Source of the DNA: Octopus sinensis
Taxonomy: Eukaryota
Reading direction: 5' to 3'
Assembly (NCBI RefSeq): GCF_006345805.1
Contig: NC_043020.1
Span: 7,936,001-8,000,000 of the forward strand
DNA: 64,000 bases
The position numbers and the translations under genes are program-made. A model generated the notes under the pieces. The model ran no database searches, was not told the DNA's origin, and saw nothing but the letters and a program-made list of their open reading frames with translations. Below, piece after piece: positions 61,332 through 64,000 of the stretch. Each line of letters starts with the position of its first letter. Position 1 is the stretch's first letter.

Positions 61332-62087
61332 GTATGTATATATCATCATCATTGTTTAATGTCTGTTTTCCATGCTGGCACGGGTTGGACGGTTTGACTG
61401 AGGTCTGGAGAGCCAGTGGCTGCACCAGGCTCCAATCTGATCTAGCAATGTTTCTACAGCTGGATGCCCTTCCTAACACCAACCACTCTGAGAGTGTAGT
61501 GGGTACTTTTTATGTGCCACCGGCATGGGAGCCAGTCTGGTGGGCCTGGCATCAATCACGTTAGGATGGTGCTTTTTACGTGCCACTGGCACAAGAGCCA
61601 GTCAGGGGGTACTGGCATCAACCACGATTGGTTGGTGCATTTTATGTGCCACAGGCACGGGAGCCAGTCAGGCGGGCCTGGCATCGACTACGTTCGGATG
61701 GTGCTTTTTACATGTCATGGGCATGGGAGCCAGTCAGGGGACATATATATATATATATATATATATACATATCACTCTATTAACCAGACTATTGGATGTT
61801 GTTACACACTGCTGGTCACAGTGCATTTTGCATTGTTATATTTTTCGAATGATGCTACTCCTTTGGCTAGGTGGGCAGGCCAACATTCCTCTTGAACAGA
61901 ACGGCAGTCCATTGCAGGGTTTAGAGTTACCCATTTACAGGGTAGCAAGGTTTAGAATGGTGATGGCTATAGGAGCAGTGGTAGAGTGTTAATAATAGTA
62001 GTTACAGTGGTGGTGATGGTGGTAGTAGTATCAGTAGCAGTGTTAGCTGTAGCTGGGTTGCTCTGTCAACAACAGCAATGCGGTGCC

Positions 62088-62128
<41 letters not shown>

Positions 62129-62315
62129 AAGTAGTAGTATTAGTCATTACACTGTATTGTACAACAGCTGTGGGCCTGAGCCAATAAGGTAGTCTATGTA
62201 GTTGTCTTTTCTCCTTCTACTGGCCATTAGGGTCTGAAGGGACACTGTAAAGCTAAGCGTTTTATGGACGTGAAACCCAGGGTAACCCCATAGACTGGCC
62301 ATAAGTATCTTTATG

Positions 62316-62393
<78 letters not shown>

Positions 62394-63151
62394 GTGTATG
62401 TATATATCATCATCATTGTTTAATGTCTGTTTTCCATGCTGGCACGGGTTGGACGGTTTGACTGAGGTCTGGAGAGCCAGTGGCTGCACCAGGCTCCAAT
62501 CTGATCTAGCAATGTTTCTACAGCTGGATGCCCTTCCTAACACCAACCACTCTGAGAGTGTAGTGGGTACTTTTTATGTGCCACCGGCATGGGAGCCAGT
62601 CTGGTGGGCCTGGCATCAATCACGTTAGGATGGTGCTTTTTACGTGCCACTGGCACAAGAGCCAGTCAGGGGGTACTGGCATCAACCACGATTGGTTGGT
62701 GCATTTTATGTGCCACAGGCACGGGAGCCAGTCAGGCGGGCCTGGCATCGACTACGTTCGGATGGTGCTTTTTACATGTCATGGGCATGGGAGCCAGTCA
62801 GGGGACATATATATATATATATATATATATACATATCACTCTATTAACCAGACTATTGGATGTTGTTACACACTGCTGGTCACAGTGCATTTTGCATTGT
62901 TATATTTTTCGAATGATGCTACTCCTTTGGCTAGGTGGGCAGGCCAACATTCCTCTTGAACAGAACGGCAGTCCATTGCAGGGTTTAGAGTTACCCATTT
63001 ACAGGGTAGCAAGGTTTAGAATGGTGATGGCTATAGGAGCAGTGGTAGAGTGTTAATAATAGTAGTTACAGTGGTGGTGATGGTGGTAGTAGTATCAGTA
63101 GCAGTGTTAGCTGTAGCTGGGTTGCTCTGTCAACAACAGCAATGCGGTGCC

Positions 63152-63197
<46 letters not shown>
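61052..63197. repeat. Tandem duplication, about 1061-1064-bp unit x2, bounded by (AGT)n; each unit contains a family C copy (minus strand)
   Basis: AGTGGTGGAAG at 61060 and 62121; identical ORF translations offset by 1061-1064. Confidence 0.95.
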
Positions 63198-63393
63198 ATG
63201 GTGATGCTGGTGGTAATCAGCACTGGATTAACCATTGAGCCAAATAAGCATGTGCTTAGGACATCAAGGGAAGTGGAGGGTGCCACAGAATTAGCTTACA
63301 GCAAAAACGAAATCACTTTAAACTTGCTAAAATAAACATTATTTTCCACATTACTGTCCTACATTTTCAGGCATTGTTCCTATAATATAAAAG

Positions 63394-63428
<35 letters not shown>

Positions 63429-63431
63429 CAT

Positions 63432-63650
63432 TAAGGTGGCGAGCTGGCAGAATCTTTAATATGCTAGGCAAAGTACTCAGCAGTATTTCACCTGCCGCTA
63501 CATTCTGAGTTCAAATTCCATCAAGGTCGACTTTGCCTTTCTTCCATTCGGGGTCAATATGTTAAGTACCAGTGAAACACTGAGGTCAATGTAATCGACT
63601 ATTCTCTTCTCCCCAAATTTCAGGCCTTCTTGCCTTTTGTAGAAAAGAAG
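63432..63650 (+). mobile_element. SINE family B
   Basis: AAGGTGGCGAGCTGGCAGAATC head, core and CAGGCCTT..GTAGAAAAG tail. Confidence 0.85.
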
Positions 63651-63699
63651 AGATCTATTGAGTCAAGTGCGTCAACATCAAAATAAAAATTCAAATGGA

Positions 63700-64000
63700 A
63701 ATTGTAGTTAAGACACCCATGCCGGTGACATTTAAAAAGCACTGTCCGAACATGGCAGATGGCAGCGCCGCCTGACTGGCGTCCGTGTCAGTAACACGTA
63801 AAAACACCAACCGATTGTGGCCTTTTGCTAGCCTGCTCTGGCCCCTGTGCCGGTGGCACGTAAAAAACACCCACTACTCTCATGGAGTGGTTGGCATTAG
63901 GAAGGGCATCCAGCTGTAGAAACGCTGCCAAATCAGACTAGAGCCTGGTGCAGCCTCCATGGCTTACCAGACCCTGGTCGAACCGTCCAACCCATGCCAA
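63700..64000 (+). mobile_element. Family C repeat running off the window end
   Basis: GCCGGTGGCACGTAAAAAACACC, TTAGGAAGGGCATCCAGCTGTAGAAAC. Confidence 0.85.

Overview
Repeat-dominated eukaryotic DNA, most likely from an Octopus (coleoid cephalopod) genome. This is inferred from recognisable tRNA-derived SINE families and the abundance of (TA)n, (CA)n, (TCTA)n and (ATT)n repeats. I find no intact multi-exon gene, rRNA, true tRNA or CRISPR array, and nearly all ORFs in the supplied track are microsatellite or repeat translations. The window contains: (1) a 98-bp satellite; (2) dozens of SINE copies from at least four families; (3) dead fragments of Tx1/L1, RTE, CR1/L2, restriction-like-endonuclease (R4/NeSL-type) and Penelope-like retroelements; (4) mariner, hAT, piggyBac-type and Helitron-like DNA elements; (5) at least eight local tandem amplifications, most of them built from transposon ends. 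The most interesting signals are a minimal hammerhead-ribozyme motif (41678-41712, minus) with further degenerate candidates, a SINE subfamily whose 3' tail matches the local Tx1 LINE, a higher-order LINE-3'UTR/microsatellite array, a tandem array of tRNA-like Pol III heads, and a 30-bp hairpin formed inside a dead RTE. A few unique islands carry splice-like signals and may be exons of an unidentified host gene (low confidence). Family letters A-E are my own labels, and interspersed-repeat boundaries are approximate.
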